Shown here in pieces: positions 50,648 to 64,000 of a stretch of 64,000 bases of DNA. Below the pieces are notes generated by a model. The model had not been told where the DNA came from. It did not search any database and saw only the letters and a list, made by a program, of their open reading frames with translations. The DNA is from Torpedo marmorata. Its lineage: Eukaryota. The first letter of the stretch is position 1. Every line of letters begins with the position of its first letter. The translations under genes were made by a program, and so were the position numbers. The DNA lies in the NCBI GenBank assembly GCA_977017645.1, contig OZ360224.1:88412001-88476000 (forward strand), written 5' to 3'.

Positions 50648-52532
50648 ATTCCACTTAAACTAATTAGCCTCCCAACCTGGGTGTTTCTTTCGTACAGCTC
50701 ACATTTCCATTCTTTTAAGTTCTAGGAGTGCAGACAAATAGATATGACAGGCATCTGGTTTAGGCATTCACTTCCATGCTTGGTTGGTGTGCATACACTT
50801 CTAGTGTGTTTTAATCTAGTTTTCCACTACAGCACGTCATCCAAGATCATCCTGGGATAGAAAGTTGACTCCTGATTTTCTTTCCCAATTTTCTTAAAAC
50901 CCCCTTCCATATCCTCCGCTCTCATCCCCAACAGTTGATGTGAGGAGCTGTTGGACTTCTTTATCACTAATGCTGAGATCAATCTTCAGCTGATTCTGCC
51001 AATTTGATTGTTGAACAGAAACGATAAAGTTTTGGGATAGAATGCGGAAGAGATTAATTAAAATGACTCCTATAATGGAAGACTGGATCAGCTTTAATAA
51101 AGCAAAAAGGTGGTTGGTAAATCAGAAACTAAATGGCATGAATAAATGATCATCTTCAAAATAATAAAGTGAATGATTAGGGGATTATTCTCAGTGTCTA
51201 AAATCAATAAGTAGTTGAAAGCCCCACCAGGATCCGTTCACAAGCAGAATATTTTTTAAAGGGCAGGGATGTGATTGAAAGTTGGCAGAATGGAATGAAT
51301 GGCCTCTTCTTGTTCCAAAATTCTTTTAAGCAGTAAAGTGACGGACAAAGATTGAATGGGGAGCAACTGTTTCTGCAGAATCCCAGCAGCGGCTCTGTTC
51401 TGCATCTCACAGTTACTGCCTTTTTATTTCTCTCTATGGTCTTCATTTATATCTCTCTATTTACACTCCTCCAGGCAAATCAACTATGATTAACAAACAT
51501 TTATTTCCCTCTCCCAGATGGAACCATAAGTATTGAGTTACTTGGACAACTCTTGCACATCTTTGCAATTCAAATCACAAGGTTCAAGATTTATTGTCAT
51601 GTAATAAAACAGAAGCTGCAATATTACATGACATTTCCTTTAGCCTACTGTAAAGCAGACAAAGATTCGCCATCAGCTGAAATTGCCCGGTGCCCCTTAC
51701 AGTCAGAGAACGGGAAGCAAAAGGGAGTCGTCCCCCCAGAGTCATCGAGTGTCCGTGGATTCGTCTCCAGCGCTCCCGCAGCCTCCGCAGCCACACAGAC
51801 TCCAGTCCAAACCATCAGCAACCCGAGCTCCAGATCCAAACCTCTGACATGATCAGGAATCCCTCAGCGCCCTTGGCACCTTCTCCCATCTCAGTTCCGA
51901 TACCTGGTACCCCTTCAGCCAGTCTCAAGCCAGTCTCCAGCACTCTGCAGCTTGGTGCATGTCCCTTGAGCGTAGACACCAGCAGCCCACAGCCTGCATG
52001 GGTTCCTCGCCTCAAGTCACCAACAGCCCGCCGCCTGTGTGTTCTTCAGCCTCAGAGCCCCTTGCTGGTCCATCACTGTGGCCACTGTCCCATGGGTCGT
52101 TTCTTTTACTTCTCTTTCTAAAACAGGGGGTGGTCTCCCTGTTTTCTGGTGCCCTATGCCAGAAAATCACCTTAATTCTCTTAATTTTCCAGTTCTGATG
52201 AAGGGTTGATGAAATGTTCACTCTCCATAGATGCTGACTTAACCTCTTAGAATGTTTCCAGCATTTTCTGTTTTATTCTGATTTCAATTAGTTTAATTCA
52301 CTGCCCCTTCTCTTGCAGGGAGGCTCACCTTGTGGACGCTCTGCTCCTCTCTCTAATGAGATTTTTGAATGTCTCTTTCACAGCTTAAATGATCTAAGTT
52401 TCTCTTCTTATTTTTGATAAGGCACTGATCAAAATCTCTTATCAGAGATGAATTTCCTTCCTAAGCAAATGTCTCTGGCTCCAACTTATGTCATGCAGAT
52501 TCCAATTGAAATTCCATCCTTTTCAGTTTGGA

Positions 52533-55400
52533 TCAAGTCAAGTCACCTTTATTTGTCGTTCATTACCATATACACAGTAAGACGAGATAGCGTTTCTCCA
52601 GGACCATGGGCAAATGTACATAAATATCATAATACAATAGAAAAACTATAACATGCTAATACACATAAATATCTAGGAATTGAGGAGCCTGATGGCTTGG
52701 GGGAAAAAACTGTTGCACAGTCTGGACGTACGAGCCCGAGTGCTTCGGTACCTCCTTCCAGATGGCAAAGGGGAAAACAGTTTACCAAAGGGGTGTGAGA
52801 AGTCCTTCACAATGTTATTAGCCTTCCTCATGCATTGTGTGTTGTAGATGTCCGTCATAGTGGGGAGAGAGACTCCAATAATTTTCCCGCTGACCTCACT
52901 ATCCTCTGCAGGGTCTTTCGGTCTGAGATGGAACAGTTACCAAACCAAGCAGTGATGCAATTGCTCAGAATACTCTCAATACATCCCCTGTAGAATGTAG
53001 TAAGGATAGGGGGTGGGAGATGATCTTTCCTCAGCCTTCACAGGAAGTAAAGACGCTGCTGGGCTTTCTTGACTATGGAACTGGTGTTGAGGGACCAGCT
53101 GAGACTCTCCGCCAAGTGCACTCCAAGAAACTTGGTACTCTTTACGACCTCAACGGTAGAGCCATCCATGGTCAATGGAGAATGATCCCCCCGGGCCCTT
53201 CTGAAGTCGACAACCAACTCTTTTGTTTTGTTTACATTCAGCTGCAGGTTGTTGGTTCCGCACCATTCCATTAGCGACTGCACCTCATCTCTGAATGCTG
53301 ACTCATTGTTCTTACTGATAAGGCCCACCACGGTTGTATCATCAGCGAACTTTATGATGTGATTCGAGCTGTGTTTTGCTGCACAGTCATGAGTCAGCAG
53401 GGTGAACAGCAATGGACTAAGCACACAGCCCTGGGGAGCCCCCGTGCTCAATGTAATGACCTTAGAAGTGCTGTTTCCAATCCGGACTGCCTGAGGTCTT
53501 CCCGCCAGGAAGTCTAGGATCCAATTACAGAGGATGTAGTTTAGGCCCAGCCCCCTCAACTTCCCTATCCGGTACTGAGGTATGATCGTGTTGAATGCCG
53601 AGCTGAAGTCCATGAACAACATTCGAACATACACGTCCTTATTTTCCAGGTGGGTGAGGGCTAGGTGGAGGGTGGTAATGATGGCATCATCTGTGGAGCG
53701 GTTTGATCTATATGCGAACTGCAGGGGGTCCAGTGAGGGGGGCAGCAGAAGCTTGATGTTCCTCATGACGAGCCTCTCGAAGCACTTCATGACGGTAGAT
53801 GTGAGTGCGACAGGGCGGTAGTCACTGAGGCAGGACACCATCGACTTTTTTGGCACGGGGATGATGGTAGCGGCTTTGAAGCACGTTGGAACCACGGCAC
53901 TGCTCAGGGAGATGTTAAAGATGTCGGTGAGAACATCAGCCAGCTGGGCCGCACGTTCCCTGAGCACTCTGCCGGGAATATTATCTGGCCCAGCAGCTTT
54001 CCGTGGGTTAACCTTGCTTAACACTCTCCTCACATCGGCCACTGTGAAACACAGCACCTGATCATTTGGAGGAGGAGTTGCCTTCTTTGCCACTACATCA
54101 TTTTTCGCATCAAAACGCGGGTAGAAGTTGTTCAGTGCATCTGGGAGGGAGGCATCACCAGCACAGTCAGATGGTGTAGTCTTGTGGTTAGTGATATCTT
54201 GAATGCCCTTCCACATGCGTCGCGTGTCCTTGCTGTCCTGAAAGTGACTCTGAATTCGCTGGGCATGTGCACGCTTTGCCTCCCTGATGGCCTTAGACAG
54301 CTTGGCTCTTACGATAGCTAGGGTTACCTTGTTGCCCGCATGAAGGCAGAGTTTCGGCTCCTCAGCAGCACACGCACCTCCGCAGTCATCCGTGGCTTCT
54401 AATTAGAGTGAGTAATGATGGTCTTGGGCACAGTGACTTCGTCAGTACACTTACTAATGTAGCTAGTCACTGATGCCGTATACTCCTCCAGATTGATGCA
54501 GTCGCCATCGGTTGCTGCTTCCCTGAACATGTGCCAATCTGTACACTCAAAGCAGTCCTGAAGTGCATGGATGGCACCTGCTGGCCAGGTTTTAACCTGC
54601 TTCCGAACTGGTCTGGAGCGTCTGGCGAGCGGTCTGTATGCTGGGTTTAGCATTACAGAGATGTGGTCTGAGTATCCGAGGTGGGGGCAGGGCTCCGCCC
54701 GATACGCGCCGGAAATGTTCGTGAACACAAGATCCAATGCGTTCGCCCCTCTCGTAGCAAAGTCCACATACTGATGGAATTTAGGTAGCCCTGACTTGAG
54801 GTTCGCCTGGTTTAAGTCGCCAGCGATAATCAGCAGTCCGTCAGGGTGTGCGGTCTGCAGTTCGCCTATAGCCCCACACTGTTCCCAGATAGCCTCCTTG
54901 GCATTAGCGCTGGGGGGGATGTACACTCCAACTATGAGGACCATGGTAAATTCCCGCGGTAGATAAAATGGTTTACATCTGACAGTCACAAGTTCCACCA
55001 ACGCTGAGCAGTGACTGGAGACTAGTACAGAGTCCTTACACCATTCTGTGTTGATGTAAACACACAAGCCACCGCCACGGACTTTTCCATAGAGAGCAGC
55101 ATCTCTGTCAGCCCGAAATAAAGCGAGTCTATCCAGCTGAATGACAGCGTCCGGGACCCTGTCGCTGAGCCACGTTTCAACAAAGACCAACACACAGCAG
55201 TCCCTGTACTCACGCTGCGCAGACCTCTGGAGTCGGATGTGGTCCATTTTGTTTTGCAGAGAACAGACGTTGGCGAGCAGGATGGACGGGAGAGCCCGGC
55301 GGCAGGGGTTCGCTCTCAGTCTAGCGCGCACCCCCGCTCGCTTCCCACGCTTCCTCCACCTCGCGCACTGCTTCCGATTTCTCCGCGATCTACCCATATT
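52533..55400 (-). mobile_element. Rex1/Babar LINE (family D), near-complete EN+RT ORF with a few lesions
   Basis: ORF 54399..55397 (KRGKRAG, LPSILLANV, ETWL, AGDLN, SDH: APE endonuclease), 53038..54216 (RT), 52673..52858 (C-terminus). (GACTT)n tail. Confidence 0.93.
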
Positions 55401-55670
55401 TTTTTTAAAAAATATTTTATTTAAATTTTTAAATCACAAAATACATAAAATAATTTTGCATATATTTAAAAATACATGTGATATACATTTTCTCCCCCCC
55501 TTCCCACCCTCCCCTCCCTAACCCCTATATCCCCACTACTCTAAAAATAAAATATAGTAAAAGAGAAAAAGAAAAAGGAAAGATAGAAAAATAGAGTGAG
55601 GAGACAACAAACTTCAAACTAATTCTACCATAGAGGTTATTTTCGCCAGTGGATCTGATATCTAGAGAAT

Positions 55671-58600
55671 TTAAATTGTTAAACCCATAATTCTCATATA
55701 TGGGCCCCAAATTTTCAAGAAAAAATGATATTTATTTCGCAAATTGTAAGTAATTTTTTCTAATGGTATACATGAACGTAACTCTGCATGCCATCATTCT
55801 AAATTTAAATCCACATCTGACTTCCAAGTAATAGCTATACACTTTTTCGAAACTGCTAATACTATACGTAAAAATTCTACTTGGTACATATTTAATCTAT
55901 TTCTAATACTAAATTTTTTAATATCTCCAAATAAAAATAACATAGGATCCATTGTAAACCCAACATTAAAAATTCTCTCTAAAAAATTCTTAACTTTCAA
56001 CCAAAAATCTTGAATTTTTGAACATAACCATGTACAATGAACAAAAGAACCTATTTCACTTTTACATCTAAAACACATTTCTGATAACGCTGGATTGAAT
56101 TTCTTCAATTTTTTAGGTGTTAAATATAATTGATGAAAAAAATTATATTGCACTAATCTATATCTAACATTAATAACTTTAGTCATACTTAATTTACATA
56201 AGTCTTTCCAATGATTTTCATCTATATTAACATTTAAGTCTAGTTTCCATTTTAATCTAGATTTATGTGACCCTACTTTAGACATCTTTCTCTGAAATAA
56301 TTTATACATTTGTGATATAAACTTATTAACATTAACTTTAGTAATTAACAATTCCAATTCATTTTGTCTTGGTGCTATTAATTCATTCCCTAATATCTCA
56401 GTCAAAAAGGCTTTAACTTGAAAATAAACTAACATTGTATTGTCTAGTATATTAAATTTTTCTTTTAACCTTTGAAAAGTAACGAATCTACCAGCTTCAA
56501 AACAATCTTTTAAGGTCTTAATTCCCTTTTGAAACCATAATTTAAGTAACTGAATGTCAATAGAAAATGGTATAAGCAGATTTTGGTATATTGGTGTATT
56601 TAAAGAAATTGATCCTTTCCGACCTATCTCTTTATCTACCTGTGACCAAATTTCCAACAAATGTTTAATAATTGGTGAATTTTTCTTTTTAGCTAATAAC
56701 AATTTAGAATTCCACTTATAAATAATCTCTTCTTTATGTATTTCTCCTATATTATTCAATTCTATATTAATCCAAGCAGAAGATTTAGTTGAATCAAAAA
56801 ATTCATTAATAAATTTTAATTGAGCTACTTTGCAATAATACTGAAAATTAGGAAGTTGCAATCCTCCCATCTCATAATTCCATGTTAATTTATCTATACT
56901 TACTCTTGCCAACTTTCCTTTCCATAAAAATTTCCTAATAACAAATTTTAAATCCTTAAAAAATTTATTTGGGATACCAAAAGGAATCGATTGAAAAAGA
57001 TATTGAATTCTTGGAAAAACATTCATTTTAATACAGTTTACTCTTCCCATCAAAGTTATAGGTAAGTCTTTCCAAAGTTCTAAGTCTTTTTTTATTTTCA
57101 TAAATAAAGGTATATAGTTTAATTTATACAAATTTTCCAGCTTTGTATCCACTTTAACTCCCAAATATTTAATACTTTCTTTAGCCCATTTAAACTCCGT
57201 AACCTCTCTACATCTAGTATAATTCCCTTGAGATAAAGCCAAAATCTCACTTTTATCTGAATTAATTTTATATCCAGATATCTCACCATATTCTATCAAT
57301 ATAGTAGCCAATTGCTGAAGTGATGTGACAGATTTTGTCATATATATTAATACATCATCTGCAAACAAGCTAATCTTATGTTCTTCCCTACCAACTTTTA
57401 TACCCATTATATTTATATCTTCTCTAATCATTTCAGCTAAAGGTTCTATTACCAAAACAAATAAAGCAGGTGACAGAGGGCATCCCTGTCTTGTTGATCT
57501 TGATAATAAGAATTTTTGCGATATTTGTCCATTTGTAACTACTTTAGCTGTAGTTTCTTTGTATATAGTTTTAATCCAATTTATAAAAATATTTCCAAAA
57601 CCAAATTTTTCCAAAACCTTAAATAAAAAATTCCACTCTACCCTATCAAAAGCCTTCTCTGCATCCAATGTTACCACCAATGGTAAATCTTGTTTCTTCT
57701 TATATAAATTAATCAAACTTATCAATCTAGCTATATTATCTTTCGAATATCTATTCTTAATAAATCCAGCTTGATCTGAATGTATCAAGTTTGGTAAATA
57801 TTTAGCTAATCTATTTGCTAAAATTTTTGCCATTATTTTATAATCTACATTTAACAATGAAATAGGCCTATAAGACTCCGTTTTCAACACATCTCTATCT
57901 TTCTTTGGTATAACTGTAATAATAGCGTTTAAAAATGTCTTCGGTAATAAATGAGTTTCAGTAACTTGATTCAATACCTCCATATATAAAGGTATCAATA
58001 AATCTTTAAATTCTTTATAAAATTCTACTGGAAACCCATCATCACCCGGAGATTTACCACTTTTCAACGTCGATATTGCCTCAGTAACTTCTCTCATCGT
58101 AAAAGGTAGGTCCAAAGAATATTTACTCTGAACATTCAGTTTAGGTAGAGTAATTTTAGATAAAAATCTATTAATCTTCATATCATCATGATCGATCTCA
58201 GATCTATATAAATTCTGGTAATAATCTTTAAAAGATTCATTTATTTCTTGTGGCTTATAAGTTATATCCCCAGTATTTCTCTTCCTTATAGCATTAATAG
58301 TTTTAGAAACTTGCTCTTTTTTTAATTGCCATGATAAAACCTTATGAGCTTTTACCCCTAATTCATAATATCTTTGTTTCGTTCTTTCAATTAATTTTTC
58401 AATCTTACGAGTTTGTAATAAATTATAATGTAATTTCCTCCTAACTAAACGATTTCTCTTAAGAATTGACTTGTTTCTCTGTAAATCCTTTTCCATGAAT
58501 TCAATTTCCCTCTCTAATTTTTCTTCTTCTTTCAAATAATCTTTCTTAATCTTTGCTGAAAAACTTATTATTAAACCTCTTAAATAAGCTTTCAAAGCTT

Positions 58601-59462
58601 CCCATATCATAAATTTATCATTAACCGAATTATTATTTGTTCTTAAAAATTCCTGAATTTCTCTTCTCATATATTCACAAAAATCCTTCCTTTTCAATAA
58701 AGAAGAGTCAAATCTCCAATTATATACAGTTTTTTCCTTCTCCGGGATTATACATGTCATTAATAAAGGTGAATGATCTGAAATTATTCTTGCTTTGTAG
58801 GATACTTGTGTTATTCTATCTTGAATTTGTGAAGATAATAAAAATAAATCCATCCTAGAAAATGAATTATGTCTAAATGAATAAAATGAGTAATCTTTCT
58901 CTCTAGGATTCAATTTTCTCCAAATATCTACCAAATTTATATCGTTCATCAAATTAATAATCTTTTTAACTATTTTAGGTCTAACAGATGTCTTAGAAGT
59001 TTTATCCATTACCGGATTTAAACAACAATTAAAATCTCCACCAATTAAAATATTTTCTTTAGCATCTGATAAATGTAGAAAAACATCTTGGATAAATTGT
59101 TCATCATCAGGATTTGACACATATAAATTCATGAGAGTCCAAAATTCTGAATAAATTTGACAATATATCAAAACATATCTTCCTGCCATATCAGTCACTA
59201 TCGATTGTATCTTAAAAGGTAATTTTTTATTGACTAAAATAGCTACACCTCTGGCTCTAGAATTAAATGAAGAAGCTATAACATGCCCTACCCAATCTCT
59301 TTTCAATTTTTGATGTTCAATATCTGTCAGATGAGTTTCTTGTAAAAAAGCTATATCTACTTTCAACTTTTTAATATATGCCAAAGTTCTTTTTCTTTTA
59401 ATTGGATTATTAAGCCCATTTATATTAATACTTACTAAATTTATACTTCTAGAATCCCCCAT
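55671..59462 (-). CDS. L1 ORF2p (APE endonuclease, RT, CCHC), premature TGA at 55794
   Basis: [42 protein letters not shown]...HCTWLC. The frame continues after the TGA as WHAELRSCIPLEKITY...IMGLTI*, matching the sister copy at 22814..23143. Confidence 0.93.
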
Positions 59463-59729
59463 AATCAAATAATAACCATTCCATGTCAATCAAATCCACC
59501 AGCGTTTCCCTCTTATTCTGCTGTATATACATTTCCTCCTCAACTAGATTAAAAGACAGAAATAAAAAAAAGAAAAACTCCTCTATAAAAAACACTGGTC
59601 TTCTACTCCCAGTGCTACCCCCCTCCATTGTTCGAGAAGCAGCTCTCGCCGCTAAGGTGGTGATAGGTTCGGAAGAAGTGTCCGTAAACCCACCTCCCCC
59701 CAACAGATATATATTTGTCCAACATATAT

Positions 59730-61115
59730 TCAATCAACTCCTCCCACAGCTGAATCTTCCTGTTCTTCTTCAACTTGAACTAAGATACTTTCTCTTGACA
59801 CACCAGGTAGCATATCACCGTGACTTGCTTGGCTTTCCCGATCTTGTTGTTCAGGAATATACTGGAAACTTCTTGCCCGACGTGGAAGATCATTTGCATG
59901 GGAAAGAGCCTTTTCAGGATCCATAAACAATAAAAATTTATCACCGTTATCTTGAATCCTCAAAATTGCTGGATACTTAAACGAAAATTTATATCCTTTC
60001 TCCCACAATATAGCCTTTACGGGATTGAATTCTTTACGTTGCCTGACCACCATTGGACTAAAGTCAGGATAGAAGAAAACTCTACTTCCTTCTATCACCA
60101 TCGGACCCTTATTATCCCGTGCCTTTTGAATTGCCATTTAAAAATTTTTTTCTCTATCTTGATATCTGAGACACTTCATCAAAACTGGACGTGGTCTCCG
60201 ATCACCCTGATTTTTCCTTCCAATCCTGTGCGCTCTTTCCAATTCCATTGGTTGGTCAAGTTTAAATATCTGCACCAACCAATTCTGAAAAAATTGAGTT
60301 ATATCTTGTGACTCAGTTCCTTCCGGCAGTCCCAATATTTTAACATTGTTTTTCCGACTTTGATTTTCCATCTGGTCTATCTTCTGTATGAATTGATCGC
60401 GTTGTTCTTCCCAACCAGTAAAAGTATCATCCATTTTATCCACTCTTTCTTTACAATCTTCAATTTCATCTTCTACCTTCTGGACTCTAACATCCATTTT
60501 CTTCATATTTTGTTTTATCTCTTGAAACTCATTCTGCATTCTTTGTTCAAGTTGATTAATAGCTGCTTTAAATTCTATGTGTACATTTTTCTCTAAATTT
60601 GCAATGGCTTGTAGAATATTTTGTTGACTTTTCTTTACTAACCCTATATCCTTCTTTAAATCTTCTGTGTCTTCTGAATATGTATCATCTTCCTCACTGT
60701 CCTCTTCTTCCAGCTGCTGAATATCCTTTTCTCCTTCAGAGTCTGACGATATTTCTGGCTCCCCAGTCTGTAGCATAGCCTGGGGAGCCTTAACAAACAT
60801 CATCCTTTCTCCAGCTGTTTGTTGTTGCAGCTCATCGATCTTTGACGACTCGCGCATGCGCAGTGACTCCAAAGTTTTTTTTGTAGTTCTACGTCGGGTG
60901 TCGGCGCCATCTTCCGCAGCTCCCTGCGGAGTTAGCGTCGGCACTGCCGACTCACCTGACCGTCTTCTCCGTTGAGCCTTAGACTCCATCGACAGGACAG
61001 TCCCAGGATCCAAAGCCAAGGTAGGCCTCTTTTCTTCTTGTACTAAGGACAGTTGTTTTAAAGGTTTCAAGGGTTTCTTAGCCTTCTGTTCTTTCGTTTT
61101 TTTTCTAGTAGCCAT
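59730..61115 (-). CDS. L1 ORF1p (coiled coil, RRM, CTD) with one frameshift near 60140
   Basis: ORF 60138..61115 (MENQSRKNNVKILGLPEG, ELERAHR, PRPVLMK) continues in 59730..60137 (FFYPDFS, FKYPAILR). The break lies at an A/T homopolymer. Confidence 0.92.
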
Positions 61116-62119
61116 TGTATTACTTTATAACACTTTTAAGAGTATTCTAAAAAACTTTTAGAGTTAATTAAAAGGGCTTCTTGATTTAATCTGTTGGGAG
61201 AGGTGTATCCCTGCGTCTTCTCCCTACGCCATCACGCCACGCCCCCCGCGATCTACCCATATTCACATACAGTATATGTACAAACCATTCAGTATTTATC
61301 AAATTGCTGTTCTCTCCACCTCCTGAGATCTGTGTCTAATGCTTTGCATTGACACAAGCATACTCTTGACATCTCTCTGTAAAAACATTGAATCACTCTA
61401 TCTCAAAGCCGTCTGGTCCACAACTCCATCCATTCTTTGTTGCACTCAGTTTTTCAACAAAAGACATTTAATTTTTTTTCAGACATCAGAGGTCACAAAC
61501 TTCAACAAAGTTCAATTTTAATGCTCCTCCAGATTTTTCTCCTGGTTCACTTTCCTCCACACCATCCTTCTCTCAGGTTCCACCCTGTGCGGTGTTTTAG
61601 CCAGTTCAAGTTTATTGTAACATTATCAAAGATGCAGTGATGGAGGTTGTTTTGCAAGCAAAATGTAAACATCACAAGTTGGACAAAGGTGCAGAATTAC
61701 AGAGAGAAATCAATTGGTACCAATCAAAGGCAAAATAATTTTACTTTTTAGGTTTACTATTTCAGGAGTCTGATTACACTGGGAAATAAATCTACTTCCT
61801 TACAGGAGGGGGTGAAGAGAGTGTAGCCAGGACAGATGAGTCTTTTAATATGTTGGCTGCTTTTCCAAAGCAATGAGAGTTATAGATGGAAGAGAGGGGG
61901 ATGTGTCTGATGGCATGAGCCACATTCACAACCCTCTGCAGTTTCTTGCGGCCTTGTGTAGAGGAGTTCCCGTACCACACAGTGATGCAATCTGATAGGA
62001 TGCTTTCACTGGTACACCTGTAGAAGTTGTTAAGGGATGCAGGTATCTTTTCTTGAGTTCAGTTGTTTTTTGCACTACTGAAAAGTATCTCAGGGTTGTA
62101 TGTGAGGTAAGACCATAAG

Positions 62120-62630
62120 GCATATGACCACAAATAGGCTAGTAAGCCCATTGAGTCTGCCCCACCATTCAATCATGAGCTGATCCATTTTCCCACAGCC
62201 CCACTACTTGGCCTTCTCCCCATAACCTTTGATGCCTTGGCTAAACAAGAACCTATCAAACTCTTCCTTAAATACACCCAATAACCTGGCTTCCACAACT
62301 GCCTGCGGCAACAAATTCCACAGATTTACCACCCTCTGGTTGAAGAAATTCCTGCACATCTCTGTTCTAAGTGGCTGCCCTTTAATCCTGAAGTTGTGCC
62401 CTCTTGTCCTACCTAGACTCTCCTACTATGGGAAACAACCTTTCTATATCTACTCTGTCCATGCCTTTCAACATTCGAAATGTTTTAATGAGATCCCCCT
62501 TCATTCTCCTAAATTCCAATGAAATTCCAGGCAAAGAGCTGTCAAACGCTTCTCATATGATAACCCTTTCATTCCTGGAACCATCCTAGTGAACCTCCTT
62601 TCAACCCTCTCCAACGTCAGCACATCCTTT
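62120..62630 (-). mobile_element. CR1 3' fragment
   Basis: Reverse complement encodes FFNQRVVNLWNLLP and related motifs. Cut off by the LTR at 62631. Confidence 0.82.
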
Positions 62631-64000
62631 TGATAGGCCTATCAATAATACTCAATAGACGGTGAGTAGAACACGAACAGTCGGCTTTTATTATCTATAA
62701 AGGAAGCTACAGTTGACCTGCTGATCTATCCCGGACTGAGGGCGGAGCAGTGGCACAAGGGCCTTTATTCGGGGGAGGGAGGGGGAGGGGTTACCGGGAC
62801 AGCCAGGAAAAGGGGAGGAGCCACCGGGACAGACAGCAGGACATGCCCATACTAATCCCCAGCCCACAATACACATAACAGTGGTTTACCACATTCACCC
62901 CTCCTTTTTAAAAGAGTCCAACGGGGTTACGAGGCCACTGTGATTATTTTACAAGATACAAATGCAAAAAAAAAAACTGAAGATATAAACAGATATATAC
63001 ATTCACATTTACAGGTCGAGCCGATCAGGCGGTCTGATCCGCCGCTGCGACCTGCGCAGTACCCGCGGTGACGGGGCGGGTTGTGGTGATGGGGGAGATG
63101 GCAGGGTTGTCTCCTGCCTGGTTCTCTGCAGAGTTGCCTCCTGCCTGGCTTCTTGCGGCACATTCGGCACCGGCGAGGGTGCTGGAGCTGACGTGCTGGG
63201 GGGGTGGGGAGGGGCTGCGACAAGTGGTCTTCGATGTCGAGGGCTTCTCCCGGCGCTCCTGCGGGCGCCAGGTCGCGAATTGAAACGGTGTCTTCCCGCC
63301 CATCAGGGAAGACCACGTAGGCGTATTGAGGGTTAGCGTGGGCTAACTGCACCCTCTGGACCATAGGTTCGTATTTGCTGCTCCGAAGGTGCTTGCGGAG
63401 CAGCACAGGTCCCGGGGACGTCAGCCAGGCAGGTAGGGTGGTTCCGGTGGTCGACTTCCTGGGGAAGGAGAAAAGTTGTTCGTGAGGGGTTGAATTTGTG
63501 GACGTGCACAGCAGGGACCAGATAGAGTGGAGAGCTTCGGGGAGGACCTCTTGCCAGCAGGAGACCGGCCCGTCCCTTGGACTTGAGTGCCAAGAGCGCG
63601 GCCTTCCAGACCGTGGCGTTCTCCCTTTCCACTTGTCCGTTTCCCCGTGGGTTGTACCACGTGGTCCTACTAGTGGCGATGCCCCGGGCCTGCAGGTACT
63701 GTCGCAGCTCCTTGCTCATAAAAGCTGATCCCCGGTCGCTATGTATATAGCTGGGGAAGCCGAATAGCGTAAATACCTGGCGAAGAGCTTTAATGGCAGA
63801 GGTGGTCGAAGTATCGGGGCAGGGAATGGCAAAGGGGAACCGCGAGTACTCATCAATGATATTGAGGAAATACACATTGCGGTCCGTGGAGGGGAGGGGG
63901 CCCTTGAAATCGATGCTGAGTCGTTCGAAAGGGCGGGTGGCTTTGACCAGCTGTGCCTTGTCGGGGCGGTAGAACTGGGGTTTGCACTCCGCGCAGACCC
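62631..64000 (-). mobile_element. Second Ty3/Gypsy element: 3' LTR (62631-62893), PPT and integrase, continuing past the window
   Basis: On the minus strand, PPT GGAGGGGTGAA precedes TGTGGTAAACC...GGCCTATCA. Integrase core IIDEYSRFPFA...HSDRG...NPRGNGQVER in ORF 63333..63875, frameshifted downstream. Confidence 0.9.

Larger units (their letters stand above)
55401..61245 (-). mobile_element. Full-length L1-clade LINE (5' UTR, ORF1, ORF2, 3' UTR, A-tail) with 18-bp TSD
   Basis: CCGCGATCTACCCATATT at 55383-55400 and 61246-61263 (first Cs ambiguous). 5' end GGGGCGTGGCGTGATGGCG. G-rich 3' UTR, AATAAA and A-tail. Confidence 0.97.

Noticed and set aside
57325-60596. Plus-strand ORFs over the full-length L1
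   Set aside because: They are antisense shadows of ORF1/ORF2 with no recognisable domains.
1-64000. Retron, DGR or other prokaryotic RT system
   Set aside because: Every RT here belongs to a recognisable eukaryotic clade (CR1, L1, Rex1/Babar, Penelope-like, Gypsy).

Overview
Vertebrate nuclear DNA, most likely a cartilaginous fish (inferred from the CR1, Rex1/Babar, L1, Penelope-like and HE1-like SINE content). Most of the window is nested transposable elements. The only host gene I can support is the 5' part of THUMPD2 on the minus strand: coding exon 1 at 28414-28280 in a CpG island and exon 2 at 16800-16668. I found no exon 3, so it probably lies left of the window. Main observations: (i) a full-length U6 snRNA retrocopy with A-tail and 10-bp TSD, inserted into an older L1 in the presumed intron 2 of THUMPD2, the enzyme that makes m2G72 on U6; (ii) a full-length 5.85-kb L1 with an 18-bp TSD and two visible lesions; (iii) a Mag-type Gypsy provirus with a tRNA-Leu(TAA) PBS, fused in frame to an inserted Rex1/Babar RT; (iv) a non-autonomous Chapaev3-like transposon; (v) a ~175-bp GC-rich palindrome and several minisatellites. 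I see no evidence of a genuinely new multi-gene system. All family calls come from recalled motifs, not database searches, and ends without TSDs are approximate.
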